Source: Gemmatimonadota bacterium (GTDB lineage: Bacteria > Gemmatimonadota > Gemmatimonadetes > Palauibacterales > KS3-K002). From it: a stretch of DNA of 64,000 nt. The notes beneath the pieces are model-generated. The model was not told where the DNA came from. It was given only the letters and a program-made list of their open reading frames with translations, and made no database searches. Shown piece after piece: positions 17,054 to 26,886 of the stretch; position 1 is the first letter of the stretch, and each line of letters begins with the position of its first letter. A program made the position numbers and the translations under genes. The stretch is from assembly GCA_039586795.1 (NCBI GenBank), contig JBDHJS010000013.1:18464-82463 (forward strand), given 5' to 3'.

Positions 17054-17082
17054 TGAATAATAACGGGCGTTTTTTTTGTCAA
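17054..17082 (-). promoter_or_regulatory. Sigma-70-type promoter of the acidic protein gene
   Basis: TTGACA-N17-TATTCA. Confidence 0.6.
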
Positions 17083-17201
17083 GCACTTGTTGTTTCGCCG
17101 CATCGCCGACCGCCGTTGCCCGCCGGTGGAGTGACGGAGATATTGAGCGAACAAACCTGCACAAGATCGAAAGGATTGACGGCGGTGATATGTTAGAATC
17201 G

Positions 17202-18203
17202 ATGACCCCGCAACATCTGAAGCGATCGGTTCTCGTCTTTGCGTTGGCCCCCGCCCTGCTGTCGCTGCCGGGGTGCAAGGCCCCCCAGTCGTTCGGTGAC
17301 CGTCACGCCGTCATCGTCCGCGCCGAGCCCGGACTATGGGCCGAGGTCGAGTCGGACGTGCTGGAAGCGCTGGAGCAGACGGTCTTCACCACACGATCGG
17401 AGCGGAAGTTCAAGGTGACGTTCATCGGAACGGACGATCCGGACTGGGCCAGTCTCCGCCTGTGGCAGCAGATCCTCCTGATCGGTTCCACCGACGACCC
17501 GATCGTCGCGGAAACCGTGAATTCCGACGTCGTGGCGCCGGCGCTCGTCCAGACAACAGAATTGTGGGCGCGGGCCCAGACCGTAACGGTCCTCTACCTA
17601 CCTCAGGACAGTCAGGCCGAAGCCGTCCGCGAGCTATTGCCCGGACTGTACGACACGCTGGCGGAGCAGTACGAGGAGTGGGTGATCGAGCGCATGTTCG
17701 TTACCGGCGTCAATGACTCGCTGAGCTCCGCCCTGGCCGAGTTGGGGTTCACGCTCCAGGTGCCCAACGTCTACATGGTCAGCCGGGATGAATCGGTGAT
17801 CCGCCTGGGCAATCCGTACCGTCAGGGCGACACTGACCTGCTGCGCTCGCTGCTCATCACCTGGGAAGACGGCGCACGGGACCTGACGCCGGACGAACTG
17901 CGCAGTTGGCGTGCGACGATCGGCGAGTCACGGTACACGACACCGCAAGAAATCCAGGAAGACGGTTTCCGCTACGCCGAGATCGAGGTGGACGGACGAC
18001 CGGGTCTGGAGATCCGCGGCGTGTGGAAGGATCGCGACGAGATACCGGCGGCGGGACCGTTCATCACCCGGGCAATTCCCTGCCGCAATCAAGCACGGAC
18101 CTACTACATAGACGCGTGGCTGTTCGCACCCTCGGTAGACAAGTACCCGTATGTGCGGCAGCTCGAGATACTTCTCGACTCTTTTAGATGCGTTGGGAAT
18201 TAG
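17202..18203 (+). CDS. DUF4837-like lipoprotein
   Basis: Lipobox LPGC; WARAQTV, EIRGVW, AGPF, FAPSVDKYPYVRQLE. Confidence 0.65.
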   Translation: MTPQHLKRSVLVFALAPALLSLPGCKAPQSFGDRHAVIVRAEPGLWAEVESDVLEALEQTVFTTRSERKFKVTFIGTDDPDWASLRLWQQILLIGSTDDPIVAETVNSDVVAPALVQTTELWARAQTVTVLYLPQDSQAEAVRELLPGLYDTLAEQYEEWVIERMFVTGVNDSLSSALAELGFTLQVPNVYMVSRDESVIRLGNPYRQGDTDLLRSLLITWEDGARDLTPDELRSWRATIGESRYTTPQEIQEDGFRYAEIEVDGRPGLEIRGVWKDRDEIPAAGPFITRAIPCRNQARTYYIDAWLFAPSVDKYPYVRQLEILLDSFRCVGN

Positions 18204-18227
18204 GGCAGTCCTCACAACAACATAGAC

Positions 18228-21200
18228 ATGTCATTCGTCCACCTTCACTGTCATAGTGAATTCTCGCTGCTCGATGGCGCGAACAAGATCGACTCGCTGA
18301 TCAATCGCACCATCGAGCTGGGCATGCCCGCCGTCGCGCTCACCGACCACGGCAACCTGCACGGCGCCTGGCGCTTCCACGAAACAGCTACCGCAAAAGG
18401 GATCAAGCCGATTATCGGCTGTGAAGCGTACGTAGCGTTCGGTGATCACCGCTCGAAGGAGAAGCCGGCGAACGCGCCGTCGGACTACGCCCACCTGGTT
18501 TTGCTGGCCCGCGATCTGGAAGGCTACCACAACCTGGTGAAGATGGTCTCCATCGGTCAGATGGAGGGCTTCTATCGCCGGCCGCGCATCGATCACAAGG
18601 TGCTGGAGGAGCACGCGAAGGGGATCGTTTGCCTGTCCGCCTGCATGTCCGGCGAGCTAGCGCAGCACCTGAAGCTGGAGCAGTACGACAAGGCGAAGGC
18701 GGCGGCGGAATGGCACGCGAGGCTGTTCGGCGACGGGAACTACTGGCTTGAGGTGCAGAACCACGGGATACCGGGCCAGGCCGAGGTTAACGACGGCATC
18801 CAACAGCTGGCCGGCGAGCTGGGGCTGCCGGTGCTGGCGACCAACGATGCCCACTACCTGCGGCGCGAGGATGCCGATGCCCACGACATCCTGCTCTGCA
18901 TCGGCACGGGCAAGGACCGTGACGACCCGAAGCGACTGCGTTTCTACGGCCAGGAGAGCTACTTCAAGTCGGCCGACGAGATGCGGGAGAAATTCCCCAA
19001 CCAGCCGGAACTCATCGACAACACGCTGGCCGTGGCCGAGCTGTGCAACATCGAGTTCGAGAAGAAGGTCTACCTGCCGGAGTTCCCGCGGCCGGAGGAC
19101 TACGACTCGGAGGACGCGCAGCTTCGGGAGCTAGCGCTGAAGGGCGCCAAGGAACGCTACGGCAACCCGCTGCCCGACGAGGTTCAGCAGCGGCTGGACT
19201 TCGAGATCGATGTCGTCACCCGCACTGGTTACAGCGGCTACTTCCTAATCGTTTGGGACTTCATCCGCGCGGCCCGCGAGCGCGGCGTACCGGTGGGCCC
19301 TGGCCGAGGCTCCGCAGCCGGCTCGCTGGTCGCTTACGCGCTTCGTATCACCGATATCGATCCGTTGCGCTTCGGATTGCTGTTCGAGCGCTTCCTGAAC
19401 CCGGAACGCATCTCGATGCCGGACATCGATGTCGACTTCTGCTACGAGCGCCGCGGCGAGGTGATCGACTACGTGCGGGACAAGTACGGCTCTGACTCGG
19501 TAGGCCAGATCGTGACGTTCGGAACCATGCAGTCCCGGGCGGTGATCCGCGATGTAGGCCGCACGTTGGGCTTCACGCCGGCGGAGACGGACCGGGTGGC
19601 GAAGCTGATCCCGAACGCGCCGGGCTATTCCCTCTCCGTCGAAGAAGCGGTGGACAAAGTCGAGGAGTTGAAGCAGCTGTACGAGGAAGAGCCGCGCTAC
19701 ATGGAGCTGCTCGACTACGCGGCGACGCTGGAGGGTCTGTCGCGACACACATCGGTTCACGCGGCGGGCGTGGTGATCGCGCCGGGCCCGTTGGCCGACT
19801 ACGTGCCGGTGATGACGGCACCGACCCGCGGCTCCGCCACCGACTCGGAGAACGGCGAGCTGGTCATCACACAGTACGACATGGTGAGCCTGGAAAAGGC
19901 GGGGATGCTAAAGTTCGACTTCCTCGGCCTGAAGACGCTCACCGTGATCAGCGATGCCGCGGAGGCGATTAAGGAACGACACGGCGTCGACATCGATTGG
20001 GACGAACAGGACCTCGACGATCCCGAGGTCTACGAGATGCTGGCCAGCGGCGCGACGGCCGGCGTGTTCCAGTTCGAATCGTCGCTGGCCACCGACAAGC
20101 TGCGCGCCATGCGCTGCGACCGCTTCGACGACCTGATCGCCGTCAACGCGCTCATCCGGCCTGGCCCCCTCGACTCCGGGATGACCGACGTCTACATCCG
20201 GCGCAAGCGGGGCGTCGAACCCGTCGCCTATCCGCACGAGACGCTGGCCGGCGTGCTGGAGAACACCTACGGCGTGATCACCTACCAGGAGCAGGTGATG
20301 CGCGCCGCGAACGAGATGGCGGGCTTCAGCCTGGCGGAAGCCGACGTGCTCCGCAAAGCAGTCGGCAAGAAGGACGAAGTGCTAATCCGCCAGGAACTGG
20401 ACCGCTTTATCGGCCGCTCGCAGGAGCGTGGCGTCAGCAAGCGGGACGCCGAGCACATCGCCTCGTTGCTGGAGACGTTCGGCCGCTACGGCTTCAACAA
20501 GGCCCACGCCGCCGCCTACGCCGTGCTCTCCTACCGGACAGCCTGGCTCAAGCGTCACTACCCGGCGGAGTTCATGGCGGCGCTCTTGTCGTCAGAGATC
20601 GGCAACACCGACAAGGTAGTGGGCTACATCAACGTCTGCCGTTCCCTCGACCTCGAGGTGCTGGCGCCGCACGTGAACGAGTCGGGCTACAAGTTCACCG
20701 TGGTGAGCGATAAGAGCCTGCGCTTCGGGCTGGGTGCGATACGCGGCGTCGGTCGCTCCGCCATCGACTCGATCCGGTCGACACGACGGAAAGAAGGTTC
20801 CTTCGAATCGTTGTTCGATTTCTGCAGCCGCGTCGACCTACGACTCAACAACAAGCGGGTGATCGAAGCGCTGATCGGCGCCGGCGCGCTGGACGGACTC
20901 GGCGTGCGAGCGGCGATGGCGGAAGGGCTGGAAGCGACGCTCCGCGAAGCGCAACTCCAACAGCGCGAACGAGAGACCGGCCAGCACAGCCTGTTCGGTG
21001 GCGACGAGAGCCCGATCATGAAGACCGAGCCGGTGCTGCCCAACCTTCCTGAGTGGACGGAAGAGGAGAAGCTGGCGCGAGAGAAGGAGCTGGTCGGATT
21101 CTTCGTGTCGGGCCACCCGCTGGACGAACACCGTGACCTGGTCGACCTGTGGGCGGAGACCACGAACACCAGCACGATCTCAGATCACAGGGACAAGAAG

Positions 21201-21716
21201 GTTGAGGTCGCTTGCGTCGTCACCGAGATCAGTCGCCGTATCTCGCGCAAGGACGGTTCGGAGTGGGCGCGGATCGTGTTCGAGGACTACCACGGCACGG
21301 CCGTAGCGCTCGCCTTTCGCGACGTGTGGGCGAAGAATCGCGAAACGTTGGAGCCGGGCGTGCCCGTGCTGTTGCGAGGCAGCGTTTCCGGTCGCGAGCG
21401 CGACGAAGGGGACCCGCCGGTCTTCCTCGATGGAGTAGAGCCGCTGGCGTCGCTGTACGAGAGCGGGCGCGTTGCGGTTTGCCTGGATATCGCGGGGTCG
21501 GACGACGTCGAGAGCGGGAGACTGGAGAAAGCGATCAAGGTCGTGAAGGGTCATCCGGGTCCGACGCCTCTGCGGGTGCTGTTGCGAAACGGCGGAGAGG
21601 AACCATCGGTGTTGCGGTCGAGGATGTTGAAGGTGGTGCCGGCACCGGAGGTTTTGGCTGAGTTGCGGGATGTGCTGGGCAAGGAGAGGGTGAGGTTGGT
21701 TGAGGTGAAGGTCTAG
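18228..21716 (+). CDS. dnaE: DNA polymerase III alpha subunit
   Basis: PHP domain FVHLHCHSEFSLLDG, GPGRGSAAGS, SMPDIDVDF, KFDFLGL, YGFNKAH, C-terminal OB fold. Confidence 0.98.
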   Translation: MSFVHLHCHSEFSLLDGANKIDSLINRTIELGMPAVALTDHGNLHGAWRFHETATAKGIKPIIGCEAYVAFGDHRSKEKPANAPSDYAHLVLLARDLEGYHNLVKMVSIGQMEGFYRRPRIDHKVLEEHAKGIVCLSACMSGELAQHLKLEQYDKAKAAAEWHARLFGDGNYWLEVQNHGIPGQAEVNDGIQQLAGELGLPVLATNDAHYLRREDADAHDILLCIGTGKDRDDPKRLRFYGQESYFKSADEMREKFPNQPELIDNTLAVAELCNIEFEKKVYLPEFPRPEDYDSEDAQLRELALKGAKERYGNPLPDEVQQRLDFEIDVVTRTGYSGYFLIVWDFIRAARERGVPVGPGRGSAAGSLVAYALRITDIDPLRFGLLFERFLNPERISMPDIDVDFCYERRGEVIDYVRDKYGSDSVGQIVTFGTMQSRAVIRDVGRTLGFTPAETDRVAKLIPNAPGYSLSVEEAVDKVEELKQLYEEEPRYMELLDYAATLEGLSRHTSVHAAGVVIAPGPLADYVPVMTAPTRGSATDSENGELVITQYDMVSLEKAGMLKFDFLGLKTLTVISDAAEAIKERHGVDIDWDEQDLDDPEVYEMLASGATAGVFQFESSLATDKLRAMRCDRFDDLIAVNALIRPGPLDSGMTDVYIRRKRGVEPVAYPHETLAGVLENTYGVITYQEQVMRAANEMAGFSLAEADVLRKAVGKKDEVLIRQELDRFIGRSQERGVSKRDAEHIASLLETFGRYGFNKAHAAAYAVLSYRTAWLKRHYPAEFMAALLSSEIGNTDKVVGYINVCRSLDLEVLAPHVNESGYKFTVVSDKSLRFGLGAIRGVGRSAIDSIRSTRRKEGSFESLFDFCSRVDLRLNNKRVIEALIGAGALDGLGVRAAMAEGLEATLREAQLQQRERETGQHSLFGGDESPIMKTEPVLPNLPEWTEEEKLAREKELVGFFVSGHPLDEHRDLVDLWAETTNTSTISDHRDKKVEVACVVTEISRRISRKDGSEWARIVFEDYHGTAVALAFRDVWAKNRETLEPGVPVLLRGSVSGRERDEGDPPVFLDGVEPLASLYESGRVAVCLDIAGSDDVESGRLEKAIKVVKGHPGPTPLRVLLRNGGEEPSVLRSRMLKVVPAPEVLAELRDVLGKERVRLVEVKV

Positions 21717-21720
21717 ACGA

Positions 21721-21892
21721 GGCTAATGTTCAACACCTAATCGTTAATCCTCAAGGCCTAGGGTGAACGTCTCCAATGTCCACACCCAACTCCTAATTTC
21801 CAAGAACCTGGATATTGGAGAGTGGATGTGGACATTGGGGACGTTCCACTTATCACCTTGAGGATCGAGGATTAGTCGGTTGAACATCAGCC
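21721..21892. repeat. Heptamer-built nested palindrome A
   Basis: Outer arms 21721-21756/21856-21892 and inner arms 21765-21802/21809-21846; units TAATGTT CAACACC TAATCGT TAATCCT. Confidence 0.8.
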
Positions 21893-21987
21893 GGCCACAG
21901 GCCGGCCTCCCCTCTATTGCCGCCGGCCTTATGTGCTAGATTACCAGACTCCCCTAGGTCAGTGGCGTGAACCTGCTTAGGCGACAA

Positions 21988-22950
21988 ATGGCATCACATC
22001 AGGAATTCGAACGCTCCATAGAAGACGTGGTCGCCCAGATCGGCCACCTGCAGAGCCTTGCCAGCGAGAGGGGCCTGAACGTGGACGAAGAGGTCAAGCG
22101 GCTGGAGGCGCGGCTTGACGAGCTGCGGGCCGAGACGTTCAAGTCGCTCACCGCGATGGAGCGCGTGCAGATCGCTCGCCACGCTCAGCGCCCGCATTCC
22201 CTCGACATGATCGAGCGCGTATTCACCGACTGGATCGAGTTGCACGGCGACCGAGCGTACCGTGACGACCCGGCGGTGGTGTGCGGCTGGGCGCGGCTGG
22301 ACGGTCGGTCGGTGATGGTGATCGGTCAGCAGAAGGGCCGCAACACCAAGGAGAACCTGAAGCGCAACTTCGCGATGATGCATCCCGAGGGTTATCGCAA
22401 AGCTCTGCGCATGATGCGTCAGGCGGAGAAGTTCGGTCGCCCGATCATAACGATCATCGACACGCCCGCTGCCTACCCCGGCATCGGCGCCGAGGAGCGC
22501 GGGCAGGCGGAAGCGATCGCGCGTAACCTGCTCGAGATGTCGCTCATCGAAGTGCCGATCGTCGCCGCGGTGATCGGGGAAGGTGGAAGCGGTGGCGCGC
22601 TGGGCCTCTCAGTCGCCAACCGCATCATCATGCTCGAGTACGCCATCTACTCGGTCATCTCGCCGGAAGGTTGCGCATCGATCCTCTGGAAAGAGAACAC
22701 TGAGGAAGTTCGCAAGCAGGCCGCCGCCGCTCTCAAGCTCACGGCGCCCGACCTGTTGGAGCTCGGCGTCATCGACGAGGTGATCCGGGAACCGGAAGGC
22801 GGCGCCCACGACGATTGGGACGGCGCGGCCAGGATCCTTAAAGACGCACTGATCAAGAACCTGGAAGATCTGGACAGACTGCCCACCGAAGAACTACTGC
22901 AGGGCCGCTACGAGAAGTACCGGAAGATGGGAGCGTGGGCGGGTGGCTGA
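21988..22950 (+). CDS. accA: Acetyl-CoA carboxylase carboxyltransferase alpha subunit
   Basis: ELHGDR, PEGYRKALR, IDTPAAYPGIGAEERGQAEAIARNL, GEGGSGGAL, YSVISPEGCASILWK. Confidence 0.96.
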   Translation: MASHQEFERSIEDVVAQIGHLQSLASERGLNVDEEVKRLEARLDELRAETFKSLTAMERVQIARHAQRPHSLDMIERVFTDWIELHGDRAYRDDPAVVCGWARLDGRSVMVIGQQKGRNTKENLKRNFAMMHPEGYRKALRMMRQAEKFGRPIITIIDTPAAYPGIGAEERGQAEAIARNLLEMSLIEVPIVAAVIGEGGSGGALGLSVANRIIMLEYAIYSVISPEGCASILWKENTEEVRKQAAAALKLTAPDLLELGVIDEVIREPEGGAHDDWDGAARILKDALIKNLEDLDRLPTEELLQGRYEKYRKMGAWAGG

Positions 22951-24091
22951 GCATGTCCCGGGCGGCAACGGTCGGGAGCGGAGCGGGGACATCGAACCAT
23001 CGACCGGCGAACCGAATCGCCCGAGTGATCCCGGTGCGGATCAGCCGGAAGCCCCGCAAGATGCCGATCGCGAGCTGACTTCAGAAGCAGAACAGTCGAC
23101 GGAAGCCGGCCCGGGCCCGACGGACGAAGGGACGGCCGACGCCGACGCCGAATCCTCTGATCAACCCGACGAAGCCGGTAAAGCCGACCCCGAGACGCCC
23201 GCCGCGCCGACGCACGGCATCATCAGCAAAGGCCCGGCACCGCAGCTGCTCGAGATCCGATTCAAGGGAAAGCGACGCGACTTCTACACGGCGCACGTCA
23301 CGCCGCCGATCCGGGTACGCGAGTACGTGGTCGTCGAGGCCGACCGTGGGCAGGACCTCGGGGTCGTCACCTCGTTGGGCGACCTGGCGCGGCGTAAGTG
23401 CGAGGTCTGCGACGACTGCCAACCGAACAGCCTGCCGAGCAAGCGGATGCTGCGGCGTGCCGCTCCGGTCGACGTCGAACGGCTCGTCACGTTGCGCGGC
23501 GAGGAGGACGACATCCGCAAGTCGGTCCGCGAGATGGTGGAAGAACAGCGCCTGAAGATGAAGATCAGCGATGCGGAGTGGCAGTGGGACCGCAACAAAC
23601 TGATCATCTACTTCACCGCCGACAAGCGCGTCGACTTCCGCGTGTTGGTCCGCAACCTGGCAAAGAAGTACCGCACGCGCATCGAGCTCAAGCAGATCGG
23701 CGTTCGCGATGAGGCAAAGCGACTGGACGGCGTTGGTCGCTGCGGGCGCGAGCTATGCTCGGCCAACTGGCTGCCCGAGCTGAAGCCCGTCACGCTGCAG
23801 CTGGCGAAAGACCAGAACCTGTCGCTGAACCCATCCCAGATCTCGGGAGCCTGCGGCCGTTTGATGTGCTCGTTGCGCTTCGAGCACGACTTCTACGTGC
23901 AGGCCCGGAAGCGGTTCCCGAAAGAAGGCCGCCAGGTCCAGACGTCGGTCGGCCAGGAGACGGTGGTCGCGATCAACTTGTTCGCCAACCGCGTGACGCT
24001 GAAGGGCCCGACCGGCGAACTACGGAGCCTGGCCCTGGAAGAGCTGAAGCAGGAGACGGCGACAACGCGCAGGAGCGCTAGGAAGAACTAG
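22943..24091 (+). CDS. ricT: PSP1-domain / RicT (YaaT)-like Fe-S regulatory protein with a disordered acidic N-terminus
   Basis: YFTADKRVDFRVLV, RIELKQIGVRDEAK, CGRELCS, AKDQNLSLNPSQISGACGRLMCSL. Confidence 0.85.
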   Translation: MAEHVPGGNGRERSGDIEPSTGEPNRPSDPGADQPEAPQDADRELTSEAEQSTEAGPGPTDEGTADADAESSDQPDEAGKADPETPAAPTHGIISKGPAPQLLEIRFKGKRRDFYTAHVTPPIRVREYVVVEADRGQDLGVVTSLGDLARRKCEVCDDCQPNSLPSKRMLRRAAPVDVERLVTLRGEEDDIRKSVREMVEEQRLKMKISDAEWQWDRNKLIIYFTADKRVDFRVLVRNLAKKYRTRIELKQIGVRDEAKRLDGVGRCGRELCSANWLPELKPVTLQLAKDQNLSLNPSQISGACGRLMCSLRFEHDFYVQARKRFPKEGRQVQTSVGQETVVAINLFANRVTLKGPTGELRSLALEELKQETATTRRSARKN

Positions 24092-24103
24092 AGGTCCGAG
24101 GCC

Positions 24104-25600
24104 TTGCCCAAGTTCTACATCACCACAGCCATCGATTATTCCAACGGCGATCCCCACCTGGGGCATTCGTTCGAGAAGATCGGCGCCGACGTCATCGCCC
24201 GATACCGGCGCATGGCCGGCGACGATGTCCACTTCGTGATCGGGATGGACGAGCACTCGCAGACCATTCTGGAGCCGGCCGCTGAGGCGGGACTGACGCC
24301 GCAGGCGTGGGTCGATCGGATGGCGGAGACGTTCTCCAAGGCGTGGGAGCGGCTCGAGATCAGCCACGACGATTTCATCCGCACCACGGAACCGCGTCAT
24401 GAGAAGGCCGTGATCGACCTGGTCGAGCGGACCAAGGAGGCCGGCTACATCTACCCGGGCACCTACGAAGGCTACTACTGCGAGCGCTGCGAGACGTTCA
24501 AGCAGGAGAAGGATCTGGTCGACGGCCGCTGTCCCGAACACCCGGACCTCGAGATCACGTGGACGAAAGAGGATAACTACTTCTTCAAGTTGTCGGCGTT
24601 CCGCGACCCGCTGCTCAAGCTGCTCGACGAGCACCCCGAGTTCGTGCAGCCGGAGATCCGGCGCAACGAGATCCGCAACGTGCTGAAGGAAGGTCTGCAG
24701 GACGTCTCGGTGTCGCGCCCACAGCGCGAGTGGGGCATTCCCTTCCCCGGCGACCCGGACCACGCGGTCTATGTCTGGTACGACGCGCTGATCAACTACC
24801 TGTCGGCCGTCGGCTATCCCGGCGACTATCAGGAATGGTGGCCGGCGGATGCTCACGTGATCGGCAAGGGCATCACGCGGCACCACTGCATCATCTGGCC
24901 GGCGATGCTGATGGCCGCCGGCATTGAGCTGCCCAAATCTGTTTGGGCCCACGGCTACATTCACTGGGGCGGCCGCAAGCTATCGAAGTCGGCGGGCGAT
25001 CAGGTGACGTTGGACAGCGCCATCGAACGCTACGGCACCGATCCGCTGCGCTACTACCTGCTGCGCGAAGTGCCGTGGGACAGCGACGGCGACTTCACGT
25101 GGCAGCGCTACGACGACATCTACAACGCCGAGTTGGCGAACGACCTGGGCAACCTGGCGAACCGCGCCCTGTCAATGATCCACAAGTATCGTGGCGCCAC
25201 GGTCCCGCAGGGACCCGAGACATCCATCGATCGGCGAGCCAATGACGCGCTGGACGTGTATCGCGACGCGATGGACGGGTTTCTGCTCCATAAGGGCATC
25301 GCGGCGGCGATGGATCTGGCGAACGCGGGGAACGGATTCATAGAGGAGCAGGCACCGTGGGCGCTGGCCAAGGACGAGTCGAAGGCGGCGGAGCTTGACG
25401 CGACGCTGGCGGCATTGGCGCGGACGCTGGGGCGGCTGGCGATGCTTCTGGTTCCGTTTATGCCGAGCAAGATGAGCGAACTTTGGCAGGCGCTGGGGCA
25501 AGGCGATTCGATTTCTGGCCTTGATGCGTATGCGGCGCTCGATTTTGCCGGCGTGACGGTTGATAAGAGTGCGGTGTTGTTTCCGAAGGCGGAGAAGTAA
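24104..25600 (+). CDS. metG: Methionine--tRNA ligase (short form)
   Basis: FYITTAIDYSNGDPHLGH, DFIRTT, YVWYDALINY, KLSKS; TTG start. Confidence 0.96.
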   Translation: MPKFYITTAIDYSNGDPHLGHSFEKIGADVIARYRRMAGDDVHFVIGMDEHSQTILEPAAEAGLTPQAWVDRMAETFSKAWERLEISHDDFIRTTEPRHEKAVIDLVERTKEAGYIYPGTYEGYYCERCETFKQEKDLVDGRCPEHPDLEITWTKEDNYFFKLSAFRDPLLKLLDEHPEFVQPEIRRNEIRNVLKEGLQDVSVSRPQREWGIPFPGDPDHAVYVWYDALINYLSAVGYPGDYQEWWPADAHVIGKGITRHHCIIWPAMLMAAGIELPKSVWAHGYIHWGGRKLSKSAGDQVTLDSAIERYGTDPLRYYLLREVPWDSDGDFTWQRYDDIYNAELANDLGNLANRALSMIHKYRGATVPQGPETSIDRRANDALDVYRDAMDGFLLHKGIAAAMDLANAGNGFIEEQAPWALAKDESKAAELDATLAALARTLGRLAMLLVPFMPSKMSELWQALGQGDSISGLDAYAALDFAGVTVDKSAVLFPKAEK

Positions 25601-25657
25601 GGGATTGGACTCGGTGCTCAGGATCGGGGTGTTGGGAATGCGGATGAGTCTTGAGCC

Positions 25658-26782
25658 ATGAACCTGAGCGTTAGGTGTTGTGGATTAGGTATTGGTCTAT
25701 TAGCGACAGCCCCCCTCTTTGTCCTCAGCACGGAACCTTCCCTCGCCCAAGAGCTCACCACTGCGACTGTCCGAATCTGCGCCGGCGGCGACCTACTAAT
25801 CGGCAACAACCTCGACACCCTCTGGGCCGCCCGCGCTTCCGACCGCCTCGGGTTTGATATCCCGGCTTTTCCCAACCCCGACTCGCTTCTCGCACCACTG
25901 TCACCGCTCATCGCGGACGCCGACATAGTATTACTCAACATCGAGGGCGCGATCGGCGAGGGCACGGCACCCAGCAAGTGCCGGCCAGGATCGACCAGTT
26001 GTTATGCGTTTCGCCAGCCGCCCTATGTGGCGGAGTCGATCGGCGGGATAGTCGACGGCGCTTCCGTGGTCGGCAACGTGGCCAATAACCACGCGATGGA
26101 TGCCGGGCCGGACGGATGGGATGCCACCGTTCGCCACCTTCGGGATGCCGGAGTTGATGTGACAGGCACTGACACGCTGGCAACGGTCGTCGTTACGGAG
26201 GCCGGCGACACGGTGGCGATCCTCGGCTTCAGCACGTTCGTCGCCGGGCCCGACGCCCGGGACCTGCGCGGGCTGCGCCGGCACGTCGCCCGGGCGTTCG
26301 CCCGCTACGGGCGCGTCATCGTCTCGGTTCACATGGGCGGCGAAGGGCGCGGCGCGCAGCGGACGAGGGACGCCACGGAACTGTTCCTTGGCGAAGATAG
26401 AGGGAACCCGGTGGCGTTCGCGCGGGTGGCAATGGAATCCGGTGCTTCGCTGGTCATCGGTCATGGACCGCATGTACTGCGGGCGGCGGAGTGGCGTGGC
26501 GATGCGCTGGTCTTTTACTCGCTAGGTAACCTGCTGACGTATGGTCCGTTCAACTTTCGGGAGCCAAACGATCGGGGCGGGATCGGGTGCGCGCTCATAG
26601 ATCGCGCCGGGCGCGTGGTCAGGGCGGAGTTTCGGTCGACGTATCAGGTACCGCCGGGGCTGGTGTTTCCGGATGGGTCGGGGCGTGGTGCGGTGCTGGT
26701 GGACTCGTTGGGTCGGTTGGACTTTCCTGAGACGCGGGGCGAGGTGGCTCGGGACGGTAGAATCAATCGTGGGTCGCGGTAA
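25658..26782 (+). CDS. CapA / PGA_cap family metallophosphoesterase
   Basis: GGD, NIEG, ANNHAMD, SVHMG, GHGPHV, YSLGN. Confidence 0.88.
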   Translation: MNLSVRCCGLGIGLLATAPLFVLSTEPSLAQELTTATVRICAGGDLLIGNNLDTLWAARASDRLGFDIPAFPNPDSLLAPLSPLIADADIVLLNIEGAIGEGTAPSKCRPGSTSCYAFRQPPYVAESIGGIVDGASVVGNVANNHAMDAGPDGWDATVRHLRDAGVDVTGTDTLATVVVTEAGDTVAILGFSTFVAGPDARDLRGLRRHVARAFARYGRVIVSVHMGGEGRGAQRTRDATELFLGEDRGNPVAFARVAMESGASLVIGHGPHVLRAAEWRGDALVFYSLGNLLTYGPFNFREPNDRGGIGCALIDRAGRVVRAEFRSTYQVPPGLVFPDGSGRGAVLVDSLGRLDFPETRGEVARDGRINRGSR

Positions 26783-26799
26783 TCCCCTGTTAACAAATG

Positions 26800-26872
26800 C
26801 TCAACACCTAAGACCTAATCCTCAACCCTCAGGGGAACCCTGGGAGTTGAGGATTAGGTCTTAGGTGTTGAG
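26800..26872. repeat. Heptamer-built palindrome B between convergent genes
   Basis: Perfect 27-bp inverted repeat CTCAACACCTAAGACCTAATCCTCAAC (26800-26826 / 26846-26872). Confidence 0.88.
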
Positions 26873-26886
26873 GGTTATTAGGCCAG

